DNA of 64,000 nt, taken from Acidaminococcaceae bacterium (GTDB lineage: Bacteria; Bacillota; Negativicutes; Acidaminococcales; Acidaminococcaceae). The notes beneath the pieces were generated by a model. The model worked only from the letters and a program-made list of their open reading frames with translations. It made no database searches and had not been told where the DNA came from. Every line of letters starts with the position of its first letter. The first letter of the stretch is position 1. Below are positions 18,761 to 26,729 of this stretch, in pieces. The stretch lies in contig JBFWIF010000001.1 in NCBI GenBank assembly GCA_050256135.1, positions 17,647 through 81,646 on the forward strand. Reading direction: 5' to 3'. The translations under genes were made by a program, and so were the position numbers.

Positions 18761-19801
18761 GTGAATAAGATGCTGAGGAATAGTTTGAAAATAATTTTAC
18801 TGTCGTTATTGTTATTTTTGTTCGCCGGCTGCTATGGGGACAGTAAAGCTGATGTCAAGGCGGCTGAACAAACGAAAAACCAGCTTTCTGCCTGGACCGT
18901 TTACTGGGATATGGAAGATGGCAGCAAGGCTTTTAAAAGCGTTGAAAAGCGGGTCGATGAAGTATGTTTCTTTGGTGCCTATTTTAATGAAGATGGTAGT
19001 TTGTTTTTGCCTGAAGAATTGACTTTTGCCAAGCGGGCGGTGAAGAGAAAAAAACAACTGGTCGAGTACCTTACGGTCGTTAACGACAGGATGATTGCTG
19101 ATGGTTGTAAGGAATACAAAAGCACGGATTTTCTCCGGGAGTTGTTGAATAATCCGGAAAGACGCAAGGAACATATCGAGGAAATCATAGACTTGGCACA
19201 AGCAGGACATTTTGATGGTGTGGAAATCGATTATGAAAGAATCTGGCGGGATTGCGAAATTAAGGACTCTTTTATTCCCTTCATCAAGGAACTCTATGCT
19301 GCATCTGCTGCCAAGAACTTGAAACTAAGGGTAGTGCTGGAGCCTGGCGCACCATTTAATGATATTGTGCTGCCGGCTGGACCGAAATATGTCGTGATGT
19401 TTTACAACCTTTTTGGGATGCACAGCGGACCGGGTCCAAAAGCCGATGCCATCTTTATTAAAAAGATCCTGGGTAAAATGGCTGATATGCCTGAACCAAA
19501 GGCAGTAGCCTTTGCTACCGGCGGCTGCCTGTGGAGCAGCGATGGTGAAAAGAGATTTCTTACGGAAAAAGAGGCTAGAGAGCTGCTGACACAATATAAG
19601 GCCGATGCCAAAAGGGATGAGACCAGCAAAGCTGTCAAGTTCAAATATCGCAAAGGAACTAAAGTCTATGAAGTTTGGTATGCCGATGCGGCTACCATTG
19701 ATTACTGGATCAGCTTAGCGGAGGATGCCGGTATTCGTGATATCGCTATCTGGCGTTTAGGAAGCAATGTTACACTGCAAAAAATCAAGCGGCTTAGATA
19801 A
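18761..19801 (+). CDS. GH18-like lipoprotein (chitinase/YaaH-like fold)
   Basis: Lipobox LFAGC. FDGVEIDYE matches the GH18 DGxDxDxE catalytic block. The overall pattern resembles Bacillus YaaH/YdhD-type GH18 proteins. Confidence 0.7.
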   Translation: MNKMLRNSLKIILLSLLLFLFAGCYGDSKADVKAAEQTKNQLSAWTVYWDMEDGSKAFKSVEKRVDEVCFFGAYFNEDGSLFLPEELTFAKRAVKRKKQLVEYLTVVNDRMIADGCKEYKSTDFLRELLNNPERRKEHIEEIIDLAQAGHFDGVEIDYERIWRDCEIKDSFIPFIKELYAASAAKNLKLRVVLEPGAPFNDIVLPAGPKYVVMFYNLFGMHSGPGPKADAIFIKKILGKMADMPEPKAVAFATGGCLWSSDGEKRFLTEKEARELLTQYKADAKRDETSKAVKFKYRKGTKVYEVWYADAATIDYWISLAEDAGIRDIAIWRLGSNVTLQKIKRLR

Positions 19802-19814
19802 AAATCTTAAAAAA

Positions 19815-19849
19815 ATGAGCCAAAAGGGCGTTGCCCCTTTGGCTCATTT
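19815..19849. terminator. bidirectional rho-independent terminator
   Basis: TGAGCCAAAAGGGC / GCCCCTTTGGCTCA hairpin with flanking A-run and T-run, between convergent genes. Confidence 0.65.
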
Positions 19850-19871
19850 GGTATCTTAAAATAATATTTGT

Positions 19872-20423
19872 TTAAAAATTATCAGGGTCGAAGTGCCAGG
19901 CAATGCGCCTCATCAATTTTGCGGCACCTTTGCGGAAGGCTGATGTTTCATCTTTGGCATTACCGTCAGCAAACAGGTGGTTTGCGTAGAGCAGGCTGTT
20001 TTGCTCAACATCATAATATTTAATGTCGGCACTCAGCATAGCACGGTAAGCTGACTTGAAGAAGACCCGGTCATGCTGCAGTTCATCAAGGTTGAAATTC
20101 ATGAAGCAGAGATAGTCGAGGTCTTGCTCTTTAGCAAATTTGAGCAGTATATCATCGGTAAGCTGATTATTATTTTGAATATTATTCATATCAAGAAATG
20201 CTCCGAAGTCCGCTTCCAGTTCTCCAAAGGCTTCATAGTTATATTTATCACCGGCAAAAAGGGAAGCAGTCTTATCCTCAACAATCCAGCTGATTTCATT
20301 GTCACTCAGTAAGTTGCCGTCATCAACGCGAATAATTCCGATTCTTGGACTGGAACTCTGCGCAAAACAGGCAACCGGTAAAATAAAAAGCAAACATAGT
20401 ACAAAAGCGAATATTTTTCTCAT
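19872..20423 (-). CDS. secreted hypothetical protein
   Basis: Signal peptide MRKIFAFVLCLLFILPVACFA. I recognise no family. Confidence 0.55.
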   Translation of the reverse strand: MRKIFAFVLCLLFILPVACFAQSSSPRIGIIRVDDGNLLSDNEISWIVEDKTASLFAGDKYNYEAFGELEADFGAFLDMNNIQNNNQLTDDILLKFAKEQDLDYLCFMNFNLDELQHDRVFFKSAYRAMLSADIKYYDVEQNSLLYANHLFADGNAKDETSAFRKGAAKLMRRIAWHFDPDNF

Positions 20424-20587
20424 CTGAACACTTCCTCAATTATTTTCTGCCGTAGGTAAGTCGGCTTTATTCTCATGACTATCCATTACCGTATGTTATA
20501 AATTATAGCGCAAAATCAATAAAAAACAATTGACATATTTTTGACAAATTCCACTTTTATTTTGCAGGGTATAGATTCTATGATAAA

Positions 20588-20697
20588 ATGAGCTTACAAG
20601 ATAGGTGTTGTCCTGTTTGCCGATGTGCAGGCAGCAGAAAATAAGAGAACTCACACGAAGAGGTGCCTATTGCGAAGGAACCTCTTTCTTCTTTTTG
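20588..20697 (+). promoter_or_regulatory. candidate 5-prime leader: 18-codon Cys-rich mini-ORF followed by an intrinsic terminator
   Basis: ATG at 20588 encodes MSLQDRCCPVCRCAGSRK. The hairpin GAAGAGGT / ACCTCTTT (20657-20687) is followed by CTTCTTTTTG, about 60 nt upstream of the AEC transporter start. The mini-ORF has no clear SD. Confidence 0.3.
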
Positions 20698-20754
20698 TGC
20701 GTGGTCAAAAGGGTTTCTTTTCGGGTATTAATGTGTTAGGAGGCAGGTAGTTGA

Positions 20755-21705
20755 ATGGAATACTTTTATCGCGTGCTTACACAACTGGAAATATTTTCGG
20801 TAATGATTCTTTTGGGAGTTTTTGCTGTTAAAACTAACGCTATGAATGAAAAATCGTTAGGTGATTTGTCAAAATTGATTATGCGTTTGATCCTGCCTGT
20901 GATGATTTTTCATAAATCAATCAATGGTGCTACGAAAGACGATATGATGTCTTCTTTCGCAGAGGTGGTTTTGGCCTCTTTTTTTATGTTCGTGGTGCTG
21001 TTTACTGTTGGCTATTCATTGAAAAAGGCTTTTGCTCTCAAAGGCAATTATGGACGTGTTTATCAAGCGGCAACAATGTTTGGTAATGTAGGGTTTATCG
21101 GCATTCCTTTGATTCTGGGTATTTTACCGGAAAGAGGAATGCTCTATATGGCCCTTTTCTTCATTGTTGACCAAATTGTATTATGGAGTCTTGGCTTTTA
21201 TATGACGCTGCCGGAAGAAAAACTGGCACATGCTTCCTTAAAATCTAATCTCAAAAATATTATGAGTCCGGCGATGATCGCTATCATGATTGCATTATTC
21301 TTCATCATGACGGAGTGGAAATTACCGGCAACTTTGAATAAAGCGCTTAGCGCTGTAGGAGCTGCAACAACACCTTTGTCGTTGATGTATATCGGCGGTA
21401 GTTTCTGTTATAGTAATGTAAGCCAATTTATAACCAGATTGGAGTATTATGCAATTGTTATCGGGAAGATGATTGTTGCACCGGTAGTAGTATTCATCGC
21501 TTTGAGGGCGGTGAATATACAGGAAGAAGTCGTTACTGTGATCACTACGCTGACAGGTGTACCCAGCATGGCGGCCATTGCGATGTTTGCGAGGACGAAC
21601 GGTTCAGATGAGGATTGCGCGATTGGTGCTATCCTGATTACGACAATTTTAAGCTTGTTTACCTTGCCACTAGTGGCGTATATTACGAGCAACCTTTTGT
21701 CATAA
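20755..21705 (+). CDS. AEC (auxin efflux carrier) family transporter
   Basis: 316 aa, about 10 TM segments, N- and C-terminal halves typical of the AEC/malate-permease family. RBS is AGGAGG. Confidence 0.8.
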   Translation: MEYFYRVLTQLEIFSVMILLGVFAVKTNAMNEKSLGDLSKLIMRLILPVMIFHKSINGATKDDMMSSFAEVVLASFFMFVVLFTVGYSLKKAFALKGNYGRVYQAATMFGNVGFIGIPLILGILPERGMLYMALFFIVDQIVLWSLGFYMTLPEEKLAHASLKSNLKNIMSPAMIAIMIALFFIMTEWKLPATLNKALSAVGAATTPLSLMYIGGSFCYSNVSQFITRLEYYAIVIGKMIVAPVVVFIALRAVNIQEEVVTVITTLTGVPSMAAIAMFARTNGSDEDCAIGAILITTILSLFTLPLVAYITSNLLS

Positions 21706-21843
21706 AAAAGTCCAAAGAAAGAATACAAAGATGATTGTCGCATTAATGCGGACTTTTTGATTATTTATACATCTTTTACTGGACACTGCCAAATGTTGAT
21801 GTTAAAATTATTTGGAATTTAAAAAAACTTAGGGGGACTGTAA

Positions 21844-22665
21844 ATGAAAAACTGGATAAGGAAGATTGCTGGAGTTACGGCTCTGTGTGTGTTAGCAGCG
21901 GCAATGGCCGGTTGCGGCGGTACGAAAAAAGAATCCGCCCTTGATGCACTGAAGAAAAAAGGCACGATTGTTGTAGGTACTGCTACCGGTTACTATCCTT
22001 TTGAAATGGCTGACAAAAACGGTGAATTAGTCGGTTATGACATTGATGTTGCTAAGGCACTCGGCAAAGAACTCGGCGTAAAAGTAGAATTCCAAAACTA
22101 TGCTTTCAGCGGTTTGATTCCTGCTTTGCAAGCAAAGAAAGTTGACCTTGTTATTGCTGGTATGACGATTACCGACAAACGCAAACAGGTAGTAGATTTT
22201 TCCGATTCTTATTTCACTTCCGGACAAGCAATGTTGGTTAACAAGAAATATCCGAATGTTACAAAATGGGAAGATCTTGATAAAGCCGGTAATGTAATTG
22301 CGGTTTCTATGGGCACTACAGCTGACCAGACTGCTACCAGAATGTTCAAGAATGCTGAAGTTAAAAAGTTTGAAGGTTCTGCTCTTGCAGGCCTGGAACT
22401 TTTGAATGGTAATGCTGTTGCTGTTATTCACGAAGTACCTTGGGTTGCTATTTATAACAAGATGCATACGGACACTACTTACGCGGTGCTTAAACCTTTT
22501 ACCACTGAAGAACTTGGTATTGCCGTACCAAAAGGCAATCCAGAATTAGTGGCTGAAATAAATAAATTCGTCAAAAAATACAAAGCAAGCAAAGACTACA
22601 AGAAAACCTACGATTATTGGTTTGTTGACATGAAGTGGTGGGATATGGTTCCGGCCAAGAAATAA
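21844..22665 (+). CDS. amino-acid ABC transporter substrate-binding lipoprotein
   Basis: Lipobox MAGCGG and a type-3 SBP pattern (GYDIDVAKALGKELG, AGMTITDKR). Confidence 0.85.
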   Translation: MKNWIRKIAGVTALCVLAAAMAGCGGTKKESALDALKKKGTIVVGTATGYYPFEMADKNGELVGYDIDVAKALGKELGVKVEFQNYAFSGLIPALQAKKVDLVIAGMTITDKRKQVVDFSDSYFTSGQAMLVNKKYPNVTKWEDLDKAGNVIAVSMGTTADQTATRMFKNAEVKKFEGSALAGLELLNGNAVAVIHEVPWVAIYNKMHTDTTYAVLKPFTTEELGIAVPKGNPELVAEINKFVKKYKASKDYKKTYDYWFVDMKWWDMVPAKK

Positions 22666-22688
22666 GCTTTGAATAGGAGATTTGCGCC

Positions 22689-23345
22689 GTGTATCAGTTG
22701 GATTTCAGTATTTTAAATGAATATATGCCAGCCATTATGGATGGCTTATTGATGACAATTAAGATTTCGATCCTGTCGATTATATTGGGTAGTCTTATGG
22801 GTGTTGGCGGTGCGCTCTGCCGTATTTCCAAGTCTTTTGTGCTGCGTACTATCGGTAATGTTTACGTAGAATGGATCAGAAATACGCCGCTCTTGATTCA
22901 GATTTTATTTATTTATTTTGGATTGGGCGTATTTTTCAACTTGACTCCAATGGTTTCTTCTGTGCTGGCATTATCTTTTTTCTCCGGTGCTTATATTACG
23001 GAGATCATCCGTGCTGGTATTCAATCAATTCACCGGGGGCAGCGTGAAGCAGCTCTTTCCATTGGCATGACAGATTGGCAGGTAATGCGCCTTATTGTTT
23101 TGCCGCAGGCGATTAAGAGAATTCTGCCGCCGCTGGCTGGTCAGTTCATTACGCTGATCAAGGACTCATCGCTTGTTTCGGTTATTGCAGTTACTGATCT
23201 AACTTATGTAGCTAAAAATATCGTTACAGTTACTTTCCGTGCTTTTGAAGTATGGCTGGCTATTGCCGCTTTCTATTTCATTCTGTCTTTTGGATTGTCG
23301 TTAGCTGTAAGGAAACTGGAAGAGAGGCTGGCAGAAAGTGATTGA
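22689..23345 (+). CDS. amino-acid ABC transporter permease (His/Glu/Gln/Arg family)
   Basis: EAA-loop region [23 protein letters not shown], 218 aa, GTG start. Confidence 0.85.
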   Translation: MYQLDFSILNEYMPAIMDGLLMTIKISILSIILGSLMGVGGALCRISKSFVLRTIGNVYVEWIRNTPLLIQILFIYFGLGVFFNLTPMVSSVLALSFFSGAYITEIIRAGIQSIHRGQREAALSIGMTDWQVMRLIVLPQAIKRILPPLAGQFITLIKDSSLVSVIAVTDLTYVAKNIVTVTFRAFEVWLAIAAFYFILSFGLSLAVRKLEERLAESD

Positions 23346-24066
23346 ACTGAAAAATATCTACAAAAATTATGGATCTTTGGAAGTTTTGAAGGATGTCTCT
23401 CTGCAGGTTGCCCAAGGGGAAGTCGTTGTCGTTATCGGACCCAGCGGATCTGGTAAAAGCACGCTGCTGCGGACAATCAACGGTTTGGAGACAGTTCAAA
23501 AAGGTGAGGTATTTGTTGACGGTATTGCAGTGAATGCTTCGGACGCGAATTTGCATAAGGCGCGGCAACTGACCGGTATGGTTTTCCAGCAATTCAATCT
23601 TTTTAATCATAAAAACGTGCTCGACAACGTTACTATGGGACCTATTCATGTGCAGAAGAAATCCTGCCAGGAAGCGGAACAGATAGCAAAAGAGCTTCTG
23701 GCCAAGGTAGGTTTGCCGGAAAAGGCTTTAGTTTATCCGTCAAAACTGTCAGGCGGCCAGCAGCAGCGTGTCGCGATTGCTCGTGCTCTTGCTATGCATC
23801 CGCAGGTGATGCTTTTTGATGAGCCGACTTCTGCTCTCGATCCTGAGATGATTGCCGAAGTATTAGAGGTAATGAAAGGATTAGCAAGGGATGGCATGAC
23901 GATGATAGTTGTGACTCATGAAATGGGTTTTGCCCGAGAAGTGGCCGACCGTGTAGTGTTTATGGATGGCGGCGTTATTCTGGAAGAAGCTACGCCGGAG
24001 GAATTTTTCTCAAACCCGCAAAATGAGCGTGCTAAGCTTTTCTTAAGCAAGATATTAAATCATTGA
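23338..24066 (+). CDS. amino-acid ABC transporter ATP-binding protein (GlnQ-like)
   Basis: Walker [10 protein letters not shown], signature LSGGQQQRV, Walker [12 protein letters not shown]. Confidence 0.9.
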   Translation: MIELKNIYKNYGSLEVLKDVSLQVAQGEVVVVIGPSGSGKSTLLRTINGLETVQKGEVFVDGIAVNASDANLHKARQLTGMVFQQFNLFNHKNVLDNVTMGPIHVQKKSCQEAEQIAKELLAKVGLPEKALVYPSKLSGGQQQRVAIARALAMHPQVMLFDEPTSALDPEMIAEVLEVMKGLARDGMTMIVVTHEMGFAREVADRVVFMDGGVILEEATPEEFFSNPQNERAKLFLSKILNH

Positions 24067-24075
24067 TAAATAGTT

Positions 24076-24123
24076 GTGAACAAAAAAAGGTTCCGCTCTG
24101 AGAGCGGAACCTTTTTTGTTCAC
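24076..24123. terminator. bidirectional rho-independent terminator
   Basis: Long palindrome GTGAACAAAAAAAGGTTCCGCTC / GAGCGGAACCTTTTTTGTTCAC. Confidence 0.7.
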
Positions 24124-24128
24124 ATGTT

Positions 24129-25241
24129 TTAACCGAGTATCTTTTTGGTAGCGGTTTTAAAGATATTTACACCTATTTCCAAGGCATCCGTATCGAAGTG
24201 CATGTCAGGGTGGTGAAGGCCTGGAACAGCATTGACGCCAAGACCGAAGAAGCCGGCTTTGATGGACGGCTTATGGCGTGTATAGAAGAAGAAGTCTTCT
24301 CCGCCGGCAGTTTTGAATGGTGCCATTAGTGCATCTTTGCCCATTACATCTGTAATAGATTCAGCAAGCAGGTTGGTCATGTCATCATCAAGCTCAGCAG
24401 CAGGCAGTTCTTTAATGAATTTTATATCAGCAGTTGCGCCTACTGTGGAAACACCACCTTCAATTGCCTTGACAATTTTTTCCTGCAATAGGGCCATAAC
24501 GTCATTCTGTGCTGCGCGAATGTCCCAATTAACGTGGGCCTCGGAAGGAATAGCATTAGTTACCCCAGAGTCACAGATAAAGCGTGTAGCTTTAGCGCTG
24601 TAGGAGAAGTTAGGATTAAGATGAATAGCATTAATGGCAGTAATAGCAGCGGCGGCCGCATCAATAGCATTGACGCCGAGATGAGGACGAGCACCATGAG
24701 CCGGTTTGCCGTGTATGATAACGTCAACAGTGCCGGAAGCAGAATACCACATGGCCGGAATGGCAAAGCCTTTTTTACATTCTTCTTCAGGACGAATATG
24801 GGAGCCTATAATCATATCAACATCGTCGATAGCTCCGCCCTTAATCATGGTTAAAGCACCTGCGGCAATTTCTTCTGCAGGTTGGAAAAGAATTTTCAGA
24901 CGGCCTTTTTTAATGGCTTTTTCCTGCATAAGGTCTTCAGCAACAGCAAGGACCATGGAAGAATGAGCATCATGGCCACAAGTGTGACGAGCACAAGGAA
25001 CACCGTCAATTACGTGTCCAAGCGCATCCATGTCAGCGCGGAGTGCCAAAGTAGGTCCTTCGACGCCGCTGTCATAAATGCCGATAACGCCGGTAGCGCC
25101 ACCGACATTTCTTGTAACTTTAAAACCTGCTTTTTCCAGTTGTTCCGCCAGATAAGCAGAAGTTTTCACTTCTTCGAGGCCGACTTCCGGTATGGTGTGC
25201 AGATATCCGTAATGCTTGAGAACGTTTGACAAAATTATCAC
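24129..25241 (-). CDS. M20-family amidohydrolase (N-acyl-amino-acid amidohydrolase / hippuricase-like)
   Basis: LHTIPEVGLEE, RADMDAL and ARHTCGHDAH metal-ligand motifs. The start is uncertain: GTG at 25241 or TTG at 25232. Confidence 0.85.
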   Translation of the reverse strand: MIILSNVLKHYGYLHTIPEVGLEEVKTSAYLAEQLEKAGFKVTRNVGGATGVIGIYDSGVEGPTLALRADMDALGHVIDGVPCARHTCGHDAHSSMVLAVAEDLMQEKAIKKGRLKILFQPAEEIAAGALTMIKGGAIDDVDMIIGSHIRPEEECKKGFAIPAMWYSASGTVDVIIHGKPAHGARPHLGVNAIDAAAAAITAINAIHLNPNFSYSAKATRFICDSGVTNAIPSEAHVNWDIRAAQNDVMALLQEKIVKAIEGGVSTVGATADIKFIKELPAAELDDDMTNLLAESITDVMGKDALMAPFKTAGGEDFFFYTRHKPSIKAGFFGLGVNAVPGLHHPDMHFDTDALEIGVNIFKTATKKILG

Positions 25242-25387
25242 CTCATTATAGTACTGGCTGTTTTGTCTTTAAATAAAGTACTTAACAGTCTCACAATGTA
25301 ATTGTATACAATTCGATGCAATTTTTCAAGAAATACTGTTATTTTTTGCAAACGAAGTATTTCTGATAAAAATAAATTGGGTTATTG

Positions 25388-25417
25388 TTGACACGTTAAA
25401 GAATGAAAAAGTATAAT
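25388..25417 (+). promoter_or_regulatory. candidate sigma-70-type promoter for the yjiH/yjiG-like pair
   Basis: TTGACA (25388-25393), an 18-nt spacer, then TATAAT (25412-25417). Confidence 0.5.
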
Positions 25418-25463
25418 TATAATTGTCTTACTACATAATAGAACAAAAAAAGGGGGATATTTT

Positions 25464-26120
25464 ATGGAGCAGGAAAAAAGCGTAAGCAAAGTAGGCGTCG
25501 GCGGCTACATTGCTTTAGCAGTAGCAATTTTATTTTTCTCGGGCCTTCTTATGAAGGTGGATGGCATGAAATGGTTGAGTGCATTTGATTTTACTACTTT
25601 AGGTGGTAAATTCGGCACAATGAAAGATCCGATAAAGAACACCTTTCTTGGTGCAGGCGGCGTAAGTGCCAAGGCAGGTTTCCTTTTTGCACTTTCTTTA
25701 GCACCTACTGTTATGTTGGCACTTGGTTGTCTGGAAGTGCTTACACATTACGGTGCAATTCGTGCGGCACATAAACTGATGACTCCGTTGTTGCAGCCTT
25801 TATTAAGTCTGCCTGGCAAAACCGGTCTTGCTTTGATTACTGACTTGCAAAGTACCGATGCTGGTGCGGCTTTGACGAAGGAATTGTACGACGAAGGTGA
25901 AATTAACAAGAAAGAATTGACCATTATGGGTGCTTGGCAGTATTCAGGCGCTGGTTTGATCAACAACTATTTCACTATCGGTTCAGCTTTATTTGCGGTA
26001 CTTAAAGCACCAATAATTTTACCGTTGGTTTTAATGTTTGTTATGAAATTTGTCGGCGGTATGTTTGTACGTTTTGTATTGAGCACTGTGTATAAGGAGG
26101 ATTTCAAAGATGAGCAATAA
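25464..26120 (+). CDS. YjiH-like nucleoside-recognition (Gate) domain membrane protein
   Basis: 218-aa membrane protein paired with and overlapping a 156-aa partner, as in E. coli yjiH-yjiG. Confidence 0.6.
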   Translation: MEQEKSVSKVGVGGYIALAVAILFFSGLLMKVDGMKWLSAFDFTTLGGKFGTMKDPIKNTFLGAGGVSAKAGFLFALSLAPTVMLALGCLEVLTHYGAIRAAHKLMTPLLQPLLSLPGKTGLALITDLQSTDAGAALTKELYDEGEINKKELTIMGAWQYSGAGLINNYFTIGSALFAVLKAPIILPLVLMFVMKFVGGMFVRFVLSTVYKEDFKDEQ

Positions 26121-26580
26121 TGATAAAACAACCACTAATAATCCTTTCGATATATTCGTTATTGGCGCACGCAAAGGTTTTACTGTTGCTACTCAGAACC
26201 TGCTGCCAAATGTATTGATGGCTTATACTATTGCTCAGATACTGACTATTTTGGGCGTTATGAAGTTCCTTGGCAGTGTTTTTGGTCCTGCTATGGCATT
26301 ATTTGGTCTTCCCGGAGAAGCAATTACTGTTTTGCTTACGGCTTGGCTTTCTTCTTCTGCCGGTACCGGTATAGCTGTAAGTCTTTTAAGCAGCGGAATA
26401 ATCAACGGTACGCATGCAACCATATTGCTTCCGGCTATATTCCTTATTGGCGCACAGCTTCAATATATGGGCCGTTTGCTTGGCGTTGCCGATGTTCCTA
26501 AGAAATATTGGCCGCTTTTGATGCTGACAAGCATTTTGAATGCTTGTGTGGCAATGGTTATTATGCACCTCTTTGTTTAA
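26110..26580 (+). CDS. YjiG-like nucleoside-recognition domain membrane protein
   Basis: 156-aa membrane protein overlapping the upstream gene by 11 nt. Confidence 0.6.
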   Translation: MSNNDKTTTNNPFDIFVIGARKGFTVATQNLLPNVLMAYTIAQILTILGVMKFLGSVFGPAMALFGLPGEAITVLLTAWLSSSAGTGIAVSLLSSGIINGTHATILLPAIFLIGAQLQYMGRLLGVADVPKKYWPLLMLTSILNACVAMVIMHLFV

Positions 26581-26610
26581 TAATTAAATCAAAATTTAAT
26601 ATGTATGTTG

Positions 26611-26643
26611 AAACGCAGGGACATTTCGTCCTTGCGTTTTTTG
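26611..26643 (+). terminator. rho-independent terminator
   Basis: AACGCAGGGAC / GTCCTTGCGTT hairpin plus a T-run. Confidence 0.6.
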
Positions 26644-26729
26644 TTTCAGCAGGAGAATTATAACTTCATGTCGAAATCAAGAATTATTATTTGTTATGAT
26701 GCGCAAACGGCAGGAGGGCAGATAGAGGC

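Noticed and set aside
21706-21843. Terminator after the AEC transporter gene
   Set aside because: Only weak, short-stem pairings (CGCAT/ATGCG with a 2-nt loop) are visible, which is not convincing enough to list.
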